A stretch of 63,995 bases of DNA, filler included, from Craspedostauros australis (Eukaryota): NCBI GenBank assembly GCA_030167865.1. It is 12 parts of 12 records of this genome, joined end to end, with 100 filler letters (N's around TTAATTAATTAA, not from the genome) between each part and the next. Parts side by side here need not be neighbours in the genome. Positions count along the whole stretch, not along the records: positions 1 to 10,443 come from JALAGF010005882.1; positions 10,544 to 15,229 come from JALAGF010005885.1; 10 more parts are not named here. One strand, written 5' to 3'. The first letter of the stretch is position 1; the number at the start of each line of letters is the position of its first letter. Shown piece after piece: positions 1 through 11,630 of this stretch. The notes beneath the pieces are model-generated. The model was given only the letters and a program-made list of their open reading frames with translations. It did not search any database and was not told the DNA's origin. Both the position numbers and the translations under genes were made by a program.

Positions 1-1474
1 CACGATTTGCCCACGAATGGAAATTGTGCTGTGTTTATGGAGTCGGGACTGTGTTGCTGCTGTTGGTTGTTGTTGTGCGTTTGGTCTGGGCGAGAACGCG
101 CCAAATGAAGGACGCGGCGAACATCGCGGTTTTCGAAATTGTGATGATGTGAACAAACAGCAGAAATGCGATGTATGCCATCAAACAGTGGATGTGGCTG
201 CAGATGAAGCAGGTGCCTGAGAGACACCCATCAAGGTAGAACGCAACAAGCGATTTAACATCGACCAGCTTGTCGATTGCTGCAATGACAGCGCGAAAGG
301 AGAGCTCTGCGTTGTTGTTGTGATCACTTTTGTGATGCCCATTTTTGAGGTAAAAAAAGTGACCATCAGGGAGGCCGAAGTAGGCTGGGCTGATTGCTTT
401 CCATGCTTCATTGAGGCTGGTGTGGGTGTTGATGGGCGTTGGGCGGCTGCCAAGGTTGGAATTGCCATTCAGATGGCGATGGCTGGAAGCTGCTGTTGGC
501 GATGCGTTGTGGCGGAGGAGGTGACTGCCATGTGCAACCGAAGACGAAGAGGGAGAGACAGCGAATGACATGGCTTGGTTGGTGCCTGCTGCAGCATTGC
601 TACCGTGGTGCAAGGAGGAGCGAGATGGTGGAGGGAATCTCATGTTGACAGTTGTTGCGGAGAAGAGACTTGTGGGCTCTCTGATCCGTTACGATGTGAC
701 TGCACTGCTCAAACGTTCGCAGCAAGCACCAAACAACGCGCGCGGCAAATCACAACGCAGCAACTCGGCTTCATTGGTACAGAAGACAAATTCTAAACAG
801 ACGCAACAAGAGAGACTTCATTGTAACTAAAGCATCAGCACAACTACGCATTCACACACACTAAGAGCTGATTTGAACGAAGTATCGTACCAGAATGGCG
901 GAGTCTACTATTCCAATTTGTGAAACAAGCGCGATTTTGTGTGATGACGCGGTGTGTGTTGATTGTGATTCTGCGGACAAATCGGCAGTGGCGCAGACGC
1001 ACGCACAGCTCTGTTGCGAGGAGCGAGCACACAGAGTCGCGAATGATGTGCGCACAACCCGCCACGATCAATTTTGTCACCAAGCAAAACGGGTCTCAGC
1101 AACAAGCAACTGCACTCAAAACACGACGAGCTCGGACCAGTCCAACACGGACCTCGCCGACCGTCCTGCGGTCACCCGCGACGACAAAGCGCACGTAGTT
1201 TCACCGTGCGCGTCTGGAACAACTCCGAACAACGCGCGAGCATGTCGGCCATTTGCCGGTTAACTCAAGGTTTGATTTTCTGTCGTAGCATGTAATAGCG
1301 AGTCCTGCCAAGACAAAACATCTAACGCTAAAATAACGTCTGAGGTCAAAATATTTCGCATGATGCAATTGTGATGCAGCTGAGGTCAAAATAAGTCGCA
1401 TGATGAAAAAAATCGCACTGCAAGTTTTGCACGACCCATCGTGACTTACCCCGAGTCCAAAGGGTGGAGGTCAT

Positions 1475-4400
1475 TGTCGGTGAATATCGACGCCTCCCCA
1501 TTAAGTACAATAATATCAATACGACTAGAAGGCATTATTGGAATGTGATAGAAGAGTTTGGAATGATCTGGACACGACATCCAGATAATTGCGACGGAAC
1601 TTGAGTTCGTGGATTCTTCAGTCCGATTGGTCGAATTGACCACTCCGACCACTTTTACCAGGTGTCCCTGCACAGCACAAGGCAAACAGCAGCAAAGGGG
1701 CGAACAACAACAACAAACACGCAAACAAGCAAAAGAGCACAACAGCTCATAATCTTGTGTAAACTATCTGATTACACCACCCACATCAATCACACTGCTC
1801 TGCCTCTGGTCTGTCGCTTCGGTTTATTGCCGGGTTTGGACTGCTGCAAGAGTTGTTGTTATAACATAGTTTACACAAGATAGTGCTCTATTGATACGAT
1901 GAGCAAAGACACCAAAGCCAACACGACGAAGCCCAAGGCCGGAGCCGGGAAGGCAAACAACAAGCCCAAGCGCCATCCAGTTGCGAGGGCACCCAAGTTC
2001 CATGGGACATGCGACGGGCTCAAGGGCAACGTCTTTGACTGCAACCCATCCTGCAGCAAGCAAACAGATGTGTACGCCAAGACCCTCGCCGCTCTGAAGG
2101 TCTACACTGGAGTCAAGTACGGCCCGGACGTCCTCGACGCCCTCGAGAACATGGAGCCAACAACCTTCATGGAACCGCCGGCTCCCGATGCGGATGCTAG
2201 CTACGCCAAGAACCACAAGTGGAAGAACCAATACGACAAGTGGGCTAAGTGCGCAGACACCTACACAACGAACATGAAGGAGCTCTACTCCCTCATTGTG
2301 GGACAGTGCTCCAACCTCATGCTCAGCAACGTCAACAAGTCCAGCGAGGCAGAGGCCCTCGAGAAAAAGCAGGACGCTCTCAAATTCCTCAAGATCATCC
2401 AGACTGTCTCCTACAACGTCACTACAACCGAAGAGATCGTCGTCGCCTCGTACAGAGTCGTCAAGAGCTTCTACGCACTCTTCCAACACCCAAACGAGAC
2501 CCTCCTCAAATACCTTGACAACTTCAACAATTTGGTTGAGGTAGCCGACACCATTGGGGCGAACCTCACTGGGCACGAGAGCATCAACGACACCGCATTG
2601 AAGGAAGCAGGTCAGGTCACGATTGTTGGCAAGTTCCGCTCACGGTAACCTACGATCGTGGAAGATGATGTTGGTTGATAGTCGTCTGTTTGCTATTTCA
2701 TTACGTTGGCTACTCCGATCCTCTTGGTGTACGCCCGTTCTCTTGCCCGATGCTCTCGGTGCTTCAATCTGTTTCGTAGATTCGGTCTCCGACTATGAGT
2801 CGGTACGCGAGATGCTCTCTCGCTCCTCTCTGTATTCTCTCTCTTTCTCTCTCTACATCGTGTGCTCGTGCTACACGATCCTCCGTGTTTGATGCGTACT
2901 CCGCATTTGACACTCTGTTCATTCAGTACTGGCTTCTACTTCATGAGTACTCGCCATTTGAAGTTCACCTTCAGTATCCATGATGCTGATCCTCTTCGGT
3001 CATCGGATCTTCGCCTCCTGCTCTGACTTGGGGACAGNNNNNNNNNNNNNNNNNNNNNNNNNNNNNNNNNNNNNNNNNNNNNNNNNNCGGTCATCGGATC
3101 TTCGCCTCCTGCTCTGACTTGGGGACAGATGTCGACGTGGTGACACGATGACATCCTGTTGACGTCAGTAGTTGTCCTTCTGCTCTCCAGATGTCATATT
3201 TCATTGGTGATGCAGCAGCCTGTCAGATGATATCGTCATCTGAGGTTTAGTTGGGAAGTACCTCGAGATTCTCTTGGTACCATTGNNNNNNNNNNNNNNN
3301 NNNNNNNNNNNNNNNNNNNNNNNNNNNNNNNNNNNNNNNNNNNNNNNNNNNNNNNNNNNNNNNNNNNNNNNATTTCCACTGTAATTCTGACGAATCACAT
3401 CATACTATTGACACGAATGTAGTTATACCGTCCAAGTGCGTATGAGAGAATAACGGGTGAACGATGCACATATACTCGTACATCTCGACATATACTCACA
3501 TGTACATCTCGACACACGATCACCGAAATCAACAAGGATGAGGTCCACGCAATCCGGCGCAACAGGTTCCTCGCCATCGCGTTCATCCTCGGGGCTGACA
3601 AGCACAGGTACGGCAAGCTCATTGAGGAGCTCCACAACGACTACCTCAAGAAGCAAACAACTATCCAGCCAACGTCACAGATGCCTTCAAGCTGCTCTCC
3701 AACTACCAAGCTGAGGCAAAGAACGTCCCAGGACAGCACACTCCACGCAGCGGCGGCATGGCATTCGTCAACACCAAGGATGGCGACAGCAAGCCCTCGA
3801 GTCACAACAGTCACAACAGTCACACCCTTGTCACCGCAACCGAACCCTACGGCGCCTACAGTGACAAAGAGCAGGATGCCTACGGCTTCTTATTCCTCCA
3901 GGCCAACAGCATCGAGTCAGAAGGGCACGCCTACAACCAGTCGTCCAACCCCATCCCTGACACCTGGATCCTCCTTGACAACCAGTCCACTGTCGACATC
4001 TTCGCACAAGGGAAGTTCCTGGACAACATCCATGAGGTTGATGACACCCTCACCATCCATTGCAACGCTGTAACAGCCATCACCAACCAGAAGGGAACGC
4101 TCAGCGGATACGGCGACATGTGGTACCATCCTGCAGGAGTGGCCAACATCCTCTCCCTCAGCAACGTGAAGGACCGCTACTGCGTGACATTCGTCAGCAC
4201 CGGTGGCAACCAGTTCATCGTGCACAAGCCTGATGGCACCACACAGGTTTTCCAAGAATCCACTACCAGCCTGTACTACCTGGACACAGCAGCCAACCTC
4301 GGAACCGTCCTGATCACTACCGTATCTGGTAACAAAACTAAGTTCTCGTCTATCGATTACTCACGTGCTCATCTTGCTCGTTCTGTACAGCAGCGTATTG

Positions 4401-6229
4401 GTCGTCCATCAACTCGCAACTACATCAAGTACGTTCGCAACAGCATGATCCAGAACTGCCCAGCCACAGCCAAGGACATCTGTAACGCCGAACTCATATT
4501 TGGTCCTGACCTTGGAGCGCTCAAAGGCAAGACGGCGCGAACCACATCTCCGCAAGTGACCGTGGAGATTGCTGCTCTACCTTCCTCCGTCATGAAGGAG
4601 TATCAAGACGTCACGCTCTCAGCTGACGTCATGAAGGTCAATAGCATTCCATCGCGAAACACATCAAGTTCGGAACCGTCGCCAAGCTAGACTCTGAGTC
4701 TGGTGCATCCATCACAAAACAGCTCCTGAGTGTCATCAAGCTCTACAAACAACAAGGATTCAAGGTCATCATGGTCCTCACTGACAACCAGTTCGAATCC
4801 ATTCGTGGCAATCTCGCAGCAGCAGGCACAGGCCTCAACGCCACATCCCGTGATGAGCACGTCCCAGAGGTGGAGAGATACATCCGGACCATAAAGGAAC
4901 GAGCCCGCAGCACGTACAACGCGCTGCCATTCAAGCATTACCCACTGGGACTCATCACCAAAATGGTGTTCAACGCTGTCTACTGGCTGAATATGTTCCC
5001 ATATCACGACGGAATCTCAAAGCGAATGAGTCCAGCCGAAATTGTGGTTGGACGCAAACTCGACTTCCACAAGCACTGCAAGGTGGAATTCGGAACATAC
5101 GTTCAGACCCATGAGGAGCACGACAACAGCATGCAACCCAGGACTGTTGGAGCCATCGCTCTGCATCCATCTGGAAACGACCAAGGCAGGTATTATTTCC
5201 ACAGCCTCCTCACCGGAAGGCATTTACATCACAGAAGCTGGACGGAACTGCTGATGCCCGATGCGGTGATCGATCACGTCCGCGCTCTCGCCAAGAAGAC
5301 CAGAGGCAAGAGGAACATGATATTCACTGACGCCTACGATAACATCGTGGCACCAGCATGCCGCGGCAACAACGATGGCGGCCCCAACGACTCAGATTAC
5401 GATCCTGATGACAAATCTGAGGCCAGCGAGGAATCGTTGGATCCCGATAGCGAATCGGATGACGATTCCGATGGGGACGATGACGATGATGGGGAGAGCG
5501 AGGAGAGGTACGAAGAGGAGGAAAAGGAGGAAGACGATGATGATGACAGCACATATGATCCAGATGGAGACGACGACAACGGCAGCGACGACAGTCACGA
5601 CGGCGACGACAATCTGGGTGCTGAGGCCAACGTACTCGACCCAATCGAAGAGGTTGTGATCGAGCCAGTGGAAGCCAACACACTCGAGCCAGCCGACGAG
5701 GCTGCGATCGCGCCAGCGGAAGCCAACATACTCGCGCCAATTGAAGCAGTCGTAAACGAGTTCATTGACGAAATCAACGCCAGGCCGGGGAACTCGATGA
5801 GCCAGAGGATCCGGCCGCCGCAGCAGAACCGAACGCCGTCGGTGAGCAGGATCCGGAACAACAAGGCCGGCGCACTTGCGGCGGACCGCGACCCGACTAC
5901 CGCCACCTGCACAACCACGGTACCACCGAAACACAAACCACAATGGTGCAGATGTCGATCAACCCGGAGGATGAAGTCAAAGAGGAGACCATGGCATGCA
6001 CATTCCTCACTGACCAGATGAATTGGAAGCAAGACCTCAAGCTGTTCAACGAGCGCAGAGAGGATGCCATCAGCAAGGAGCTGAAGCAGGTGCATGATAT
6101 GGAGGGATTTGAGCCAAAGCATTGGCATCAACTCTCCAAGGACGAGCGTCGCAAGGCACTGCGTTACCTCATGTACCTCAAGGAGAAGCGCACCGGCCTC
6201 ATCAAAGGACGCGGATGCGCTGACGGCCG
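1475..6229 (+). mobile_element. Ty1/copia LTR retrotransposon, degenerate (gag-PR-IN, start of RT), interrupted and truncated by insertions
   Basis: gag 1899-2623 resumes at 3521 (..LAIAFILGADKHRYGKLIEELHNDYL..). Protease WILLDNQST in ORF 3758..4690. Integrase LTDNQF..HVPEVERYI in 4771..6021, then an acidic linker and the RT start KEKRTGLIKGRGCADGR ending at 6229. Several frameshifts. A possible 5' LTR (~1475-1660, start uncertain) is followed by PBS-like GGTGTCCCTGC. Confidence 0.9.
2624..3514 (-). mobile_element. ~795-bp LTR-like element, copy 1 (solo), 6-bp TSD CACGAT
   Basis: Termini TGTTGGCAAG...ATCTCGACA on +. CACGAT at 2618-2623 and 3515-3520. Host copia gag reads through when the insert is removed. 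Strand inferred from the PPT-like flank of copy 6. Confidence 0.9.
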
Positions 6230-6806
6230 TGTTGGAAGGCTCCGCGCACAGAGAATCGGTAGTAGTCAACACTCTTTCTCAAAGTGTGTCTGTTATTGTT
6301 GCTGTTGTTGCTGTTGTTGCTATTGATTGTTGATGAGCGAGTGTGGGGAATGAGATGATCAAGATGCTCTCTTGATCCATCTCTTCCTTGCTCTCATTGC
6401 TTAGTGCAATCCTCTTGCGCCTCCATGCACATTGCTCTCATGTTGCTTGTTGATGTTGACTTGATCATCAACGTTGTCGTTTCTCTCTCGTTGTCTCGTC
6501 GTTGTTCCGTTCTCGGGTTTTGTTGAATCTGATGATTGATCGAATCTGATGGAATGTTTACAACATATTTCATTCCTGTAGACCTGGTAGGTAAGGTCTT
6601 GATGTGACGTCACGTGTGGTGGATACTGTGGTATCCGCTGGTGTCGCAGTACTCTGTCATCGTAGTATCGCAGTATCCTCGTGGTATCGCGGTGGTGTCG
6701 TTGTGACGTCATAGTGTTGTGTCGTGATTCCGCCACCAAATAGTCTAGATGGAGGCAAGCAAGTGTGACTGATGCATACACATCCAAGTACACACACAGT
6801 CCGACA
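6230..6806 (-). mobile_element. LTR-like element related to the 795-bp family
   Basis: Starts TGTTGGAAGGCTCCGCGCAC (compare TGTTGGCAAGTTCCGCTCAC) exactly where copia RT homology stops, and ends CAGTCCGACA. No TSD, and the right flank is unrelated sequence. Confidence 0.55.
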
Positions 6807-7990
6807 GGCATGCCTTATGGCCTCCCACGACAGCTAGAACATGAGAAATGCATATGTCACTTTTTCTCATTCAATGTTGATTCATGGATGACATTGAGTG
6901 GTATACTAGACAGTCACAGAGGCCCCCTACACAAGCATGTACAACATGACCATCAGTTGGCTACTATTGGCAAGATGGAGTGAGACACAGGTGGCTAAAT
7001 GATTATGTTTCACTGGGTTTGTTGCTATCTTTGCATTCTAGGTCAGCAATGATCTTCTCCATCTTCTCTTTGTGCATTTTGAGCATGTTCACCTGTGCTG
7101 TTACACCTCCAGTGTCTTTCAGGACCTTTTGGAGGTCTGTATTGTGTTGTTCAAGGCTTTCACTTTGCTCCTCAAGTCTCTGGATCTTTCGACACTGTCT
7201 TCGGATGGTTTGTTCCATGTTTTCACGTGTTTTGGGGGCTGCAGACATGCTGGAAATCTTTCTGGAACGATTGGCAGCCCTGGTTGCTCTTGGGGATTGT
7301 TTCATTGGAGATGCAGGGGGTGAAATGATGCCACACAGTTTGCCACCACCCTTCTCACTTGATAGAACACAGATGAAAGTGGGTACTTATCTCAAAATTG
7401 GGAGTGATTAAGTCCGTCAATGAAGTAGAGTGAAACTGTGTGATAGCGTTGTTGTGCTCTGAGTGGTTAATTGATGTTAGATGGTATGTAAGCTGGCCCA
7501 ATTCAGAACTGTTGGAGTCTGAATTGTGAGCAGATGGAGATGAAATGATGAAAATGATGCTGAGGCAACATGTGTTGCAACACACAGCAGAACATGAAGT
7601 GCAGTGCATGAATTGCAGTGCATGAAGTGCAGAGCATGAAGGTGTTGTCGAATTTGCAAGACTGAGGAGGTTCATGGTGCCTCCAATACTGATCTTGCTT
7701 CTTGGAACAACAATGATGCATGCAACAAATCCGATCATTGCAGAAATGCGATCTTGCCAAATTTGGTGGGATTGCTGAGCTCGTATCTGAGCATCTTGGC
7801 TCAGATACATTCACTCAACAAGACAGTAAACATGCCCTGTGAAGGTGGATTCGCAGGGATTCAGACATACATGTTCAGGTGCACATAAGGAGGATGACAG
7901 ACAGGGCCTGACATCCATCCTTCAACTCATTACCATCTTCAGATATGAAAGAGCACTATCGAAAAATCACAAGGGGAGAGCAAAAGCAAA

Positions 7991-8061
7991 GTACCATGCC
8001 GGGATTCGAACCCGGAACCTCAGTTAGAATTACTGGTGCTCTACCGTTGAGCTACAGGCGA
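7991..8061 (-). ncRNA. tRNA-like Pol III cassette in TRIM 3' LTR
   Basis: A-box/D-arm TAGCTCAACGGTAGAGC and T-arm CCGGGTTCGAATCCCGG are intact. The acceptor stem is poorly paired and the anticodon loop is non-canonical. TATAAA lies 30-35 nt upstream and T4/T5 runs lie downstream. Confidence 0.8.
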
Positions 8062-8446
8062 TGCGATTGCTGANCCGAACACAAGTGAAATTTATAGATA
8101 GTGGGGGCTACGGGAGTAACGTACTTAGCACTATTCGGTTTTGTGCTGATACTCCCCTACGCTACGACCGTGGACCACCTGCTCAAGAGCACTATGACGG
8201 AAAGTTGTCATCTCCCGCGCCTCCCCACAGCGGGACACCCTCAAAGCTGGGCGGCTAATAGTGCAGACGAAGTTGGGAGTGCTGCCGTAGCAGACAAGTG
8301 TGAGACTGGGTCGAAATCCGGCGATCGCAACGCGCCCACGAAGGCGTGTTGTGCAAGGTAGTCCTAACTCAGCGATGTAGAACTAGCTGCGACTGTTAAT
8401 CTGAAAGAGCACTATCGAAAAATCACAAGGGGAGAGCAAAAGCAAA

Positions 8447-8517
8447 GTACCATGCCGGGATTCGAACCCGGAACCTCAGTTAGAATTACTGGTGCTCTAC
8501 CGTTGAGCTACAGGCGA
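8447..8517 (-). ncRNA. tRNA-like Pol III cassette in TRIM 5' LTR
   Basis: Identical to 7991-8061. Confidence 0.8.
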
Positions 8518-8695
8518 TGCGATTGCTGATCCGAACACAAGTGAAATTTATAGATAGTGGGGGCTACGGGAGTAACGTACTTAGCACTATTCGGTTTTGT
8601 GCTGATAAGATACCAAGACAGGTATCTGAGGTCCGTCGGGAGTTGCGGGAAATGAGGTCAACAGAGAAAGAGAAAACGGTTCATGACGAAAAGTC

Positions 8696-10432
8696 TCATG
8701 TGGACCTGATGCAGTCTACGGAGAACAAGATTAGACATAGGCTAAGGTGAATATAGACTTTTGATCTGATATCACTGTCAGTATCATGAATTTCTATCAC
8801 TTCATGGATGGCCTCATGTGAAGGTGCAGACACATTGCTCATATCAATCACCACAGACTTGCTTTGATGATTTGCATCAGGGGAGCAGCCTGTGGACTCA
8901 TTGTCAGAATCAGGATTCCAAGTTGCAGCAGAGTTGGATGCTGACTCCATATGCACAATCCACTCCTCCTTGTCTGTGCAGTTGTCCCCTTCACTTGAGG
9001 AAGACTCCATCTCATCACTGCTGGTGTCCTTCTCACACCTGGACTTCATGATCTGCTTCTGTTGGGGAGCATGCTTGGATTCTGGTGCTTTGGCAACACC
9101 CTGACTTGGCTGCTTCATGTCATCATCAGATGAATCCCATTGAGGTCCTGCAATGGATTCAAGAGCTGCCCTTGATGCTCTGGCAAAAGCAGCATCTGCC
9201 AGTGGTGTCCCCAGAGCTGAAGGGGTAGGTTTGGGAGCTCTGGCAAGTGTAGGAGCTTTCTTGGGTGACAAGGTGAAGGTAGGTAGCTCTCTGAGGACTG
9301 CAGGGGTTGGCTTGGGAGTGATGGCAAGTGTAGGAGCTGTGTTGGGGGAAAGGGTGAAGGGAGGAACTTCTTTGCTGGACCTGGAGATTGAAGAAGTTGT
9401 CAGTGTTGCTTTGGCAACATTCTCTTCCTCCTCTTCCTTCTCATCATCTGAAGACTTCCATCCAGGCCCTCCTTCACACACTCTTAGCGGCTCCTCATGA
9501 TCATCCTCATCTGAAGACTCATAGATAGGGGCTCTGGCTTGCTCAAGATCCTCTTCTTCCACATCCTCTTCATCAGAAGACTCATACACAGGTTGCTGTG
9601 TCTGGTCCTCCAGCCTGGCATGTGGGCCTGCTTCAAAAAAGACTGCCTCATCAATATCCATAGCATCACACTTGGCCTGGTCAATCGTCATCACTTGGGC
9701 ATCTGACAGTTTGATTGCATCATATTGGGTGGCCCCAATCATGGCAATTCCCTCAGCACGAATTGAGAGCCTGCCCTTGGCTGCCTGGATGAAGAGCTTC
9801 ACATTTGTTGACTCCAAGACATCAAACTTTGTCTTGGGCCTGGATGAGAGTTGCCTGACCTCCTTGTAGTGAAGCCTTGGCAACTGGAAGTAGTTCTGCA
9901 TGTGGTGACTGGCTTCAAATTTGGCACCTTCTGCAAGCTTGGAGAGCTTCTCGATGGTGAGCTCTCCAGTTGCAAGCAGGAGCCTGAGTCCTCTGCCAAT
10001 ACCCTGGTTGGAATGTCGTTCCTTGGGTGAAGCCACTGCTCTTCCAATGGCAAGGATGCCGTCCCCAAGAATATCCATCTTCCTCATTCTCCTGGATATG
10101 GTCACAACCAGATGGCAGGGCAACCCTTCTCCCTTCAGCCCCTCAAATGTGATGCTGGTTGGCTTCTCTGGGTCCAACCAGTTCACCATGTTGATGACCT
10201 CCTTATTCAACTCATCAAAGAGTGCACAGGAGCTCTTGGTCATGTATGGTCTCACAATTGGCTCCATCTTTCCCTTCAACTCTGGGTGTAGTTGTTCCAC
10301 TGTAAGCTCCTGCATGGAGTCTATCTGTCCCACATACATATCAGCCCTGTCCGACAGGCTTCTGAAGTATAGCCTCAGGGCATTGGAAGTGGTAGTGTAG
10401 TCGCCAATGATCCTGGCATTTGCAGGGCCCAC
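8696..10432 (-). CDS. Hypothetical protein (578 aa, probably 5'-truncated at scaffold end) with acidic/Pro-rich repeats
   Basis: Long open frame with a globular-looking N-terminal half and internal repeats (YESSDEE/DD x2, FTLSP..APTLA..PKPTP x2). No recognised domain. Confidence 0.45.
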   Translation of the reverse strand: MGPANARIIGDYTTTSNALRLYFRSLSDRADMYVGQIDSMQELTVEQLHPELKGKMEPIVRPYMTKSSCALFDELNKEVINMVNWLDPEKPTSITFEGLKGEGLPCHLVVTISRRMRKMDILGDGILAIGRAVASPKERHSNQGIGRGLRLLLATGELTIEKLSKLAEGAKFEASHHMQNYFQLPRLHYKEVRQLSSRPKTKFDVLESTNVKLFIQAAKGRLSIRAEGIAMIGATQYDAIKLSDAQVMTIDQAKCDAMDIDEAVFFEAGPHARLEDQTQQPVYESSDEEDVEEEDLEQARAPIYESSDEDDHEEPLRVCEGGPGWKSSDDEKEEEEENVAKATLTTSSISRSSKEVPPFTLSPNTAPTLAITPKPTPAVLRELPTFTLSPKKAPTLARAPKPTPSALGTPLADAAFARASRAALESIAGPQWDSSDDDMKQPSQGVAKAPESKHAPQQKQIMKSRCEKDTSSDEMESSSSEGDNCTDKEEWIVHMESASNSAATWNPDSDNESTGCSPDANHQSKSVVIDMSNVSAPSHEAIHEVIEIHDTDSDIRSKVYIHLSLCLILFSVDCIRST

Positions 10433-10443
10433 TGAGATTGGCT

Positions 10444-10543
10444 NNNNNNNNNNNNNNNNNNNNNNNNNNNNNNNNNNNNNNNNNNNNTTAATTAATTAAN
10501 NNNNNNNNNNNNNNNNNNNNNNNNNNNNNNNNNNNNNNNNNNN
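10444..10543. other. Artificial scaffold linker N44-TTAATTAATTAA-N44 (first of 11)
   Basis: Identical six-frame-stop 12-mer at 10488, 15274, 17759, 20276, 23279, 26671, 29953, 42709, 54570, 59613 and 62727, each embedded in N runs. Confidence 0.97.
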
Positions 10544-10796
10544 CTTGCCATTGTCTTTTCACTGCATGTGTGTGGAAGTGTTGAGCCAATGAGTGACTTG
10601 GAATGTGTGACACAGCAGTGGAGTAATCACCATTTCCACTTTGCACCATCACCATCACTCCAACAAATCGACTTGCCCAGTACCCTTGTCTTCATCCATA
10701 ACCTTGCACAACTCCATCATGGGCATTGCAATGTACTCATCATCAAATCTGTGGTTCATTGTTCCACCATGACAGAGGGCATGGATGTCTCCCATC

Positions 10797-11630
10797 TGTT
10801 GGCAAGTTCCGCTCACGGTAACCTGCGGTCGTGGAAGATGGTGTTGGTTGATAGTCGTTCGTTTGCTATTTCATTACGTTGGCACTCCGATCCTCTCGGT
10901 GTCCGTTCGTTCTCTTGCCCGATGCTCTCGGCGCTTCAATCTGTTTNNNNNNNNNNGTCTCCGACTATGAGTTGGTGTGCGAGATGCTCTCTCACTGCTC
11001 TTCATATTCTCTCTCTCTCTCTGTCTCAGCATCGTGTACTTCGTGCCACACGATACTCCGTGTTCGATGTGTACTCCGCATTCAATACTCCGTTCATTCA
11101 GTACTGGTTCCTACTCCATGAGTACTTGCCATTTGAAGTTTATCTCCTGTATCCATGATCTTGATGCCCTTCGGTCATCGGATCCTCGCCTCCTGCTCTG
11201 ACTTGGAGACAGATGTCGACATGGTGACATGATGACATCCTGTCGACGTCAGTAGGCGTCCTTCTGCTCTCNNNNNNNNNNNNNNNNNNNNNNNNNNNNN
11301 NNNNNNNNNNNNNNNNNNNNNNNNNNNNNNNNNNNNNNNNNNNNNNNNNNNNNNNNNNNNNNNNNNNNNNNNNNNNNNNNNNNNNNNNNNNNNNNNNNNN
11401 NNNNNNNNNNNNNNNNNNNNNNNNNNNNNNNNNNNNNNNNNNNNNNNNNNNNNNNNNNNNNNNNNNNNNNNNNNNNNNNNNNNNNNNNNNNNNNNNNNNN
11501 NNNNNNNNNNNNNNNNNNNNNNNNNNNNNNNNNNNNNNNNNNNNNNNCCAAGTGCGTATGAGAGAATAACGGGTGAACGATGCACATATACTCGTACATC
11601 TCGACATATACTCACATGTACATCTCGACA
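10797..11630 (-). mobile_element. ~795-bp LTR-like element, copy 2 (gapped, no TSD)
   Basis: Same termini and body as copy 1. Flanks CCCATC and GCTGTG differ. Confidence 0.88.

Larger units (their letters stand above)
7946..8607 (-). mobile_element. TRIM (miniature non-autonomous LTR retrotransposon) with a tRNA-like sequence in its LTRs (Helenus-like)
   Basis: 206-bp direct repeats at 7946-8151 and 8402-8607, identical apart from one N. 250-bp non-coding interior. TSD AGATA at 7941-7945 and 8608-8612. On the minus strand, PBS GATTAACAGTCGCA (8401-8388) follows the 5' LTR and PPT AGGGGAG (8158-8152) precedes the 3' LTR. Confidence 0.92.

Noticed and set aside
2623..2983. Recurring small ORFs (MLASSAHGNLRSWK.., MSRYARCSL..) as a gene family
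   Set aside because: They are translations of the 795-bp repeat, and the frames vary between copies with microsatellite length.
7991..8061. Functional tRNA gene (e.g. Glu-TTC or a suppressor)
   Set aside because: Acceptor stem pairs at only about 4 of 7 positions, the loop lacks U33 and purine 37, and it lies inside LTRs. Treated as a promoter cassette.
7946..8607. Retrozyme (hammerhead-bearing LTR element)
   Set aside because: No CUGANGA...GAAA hammerhead core recognised in the LTRs on either strand.
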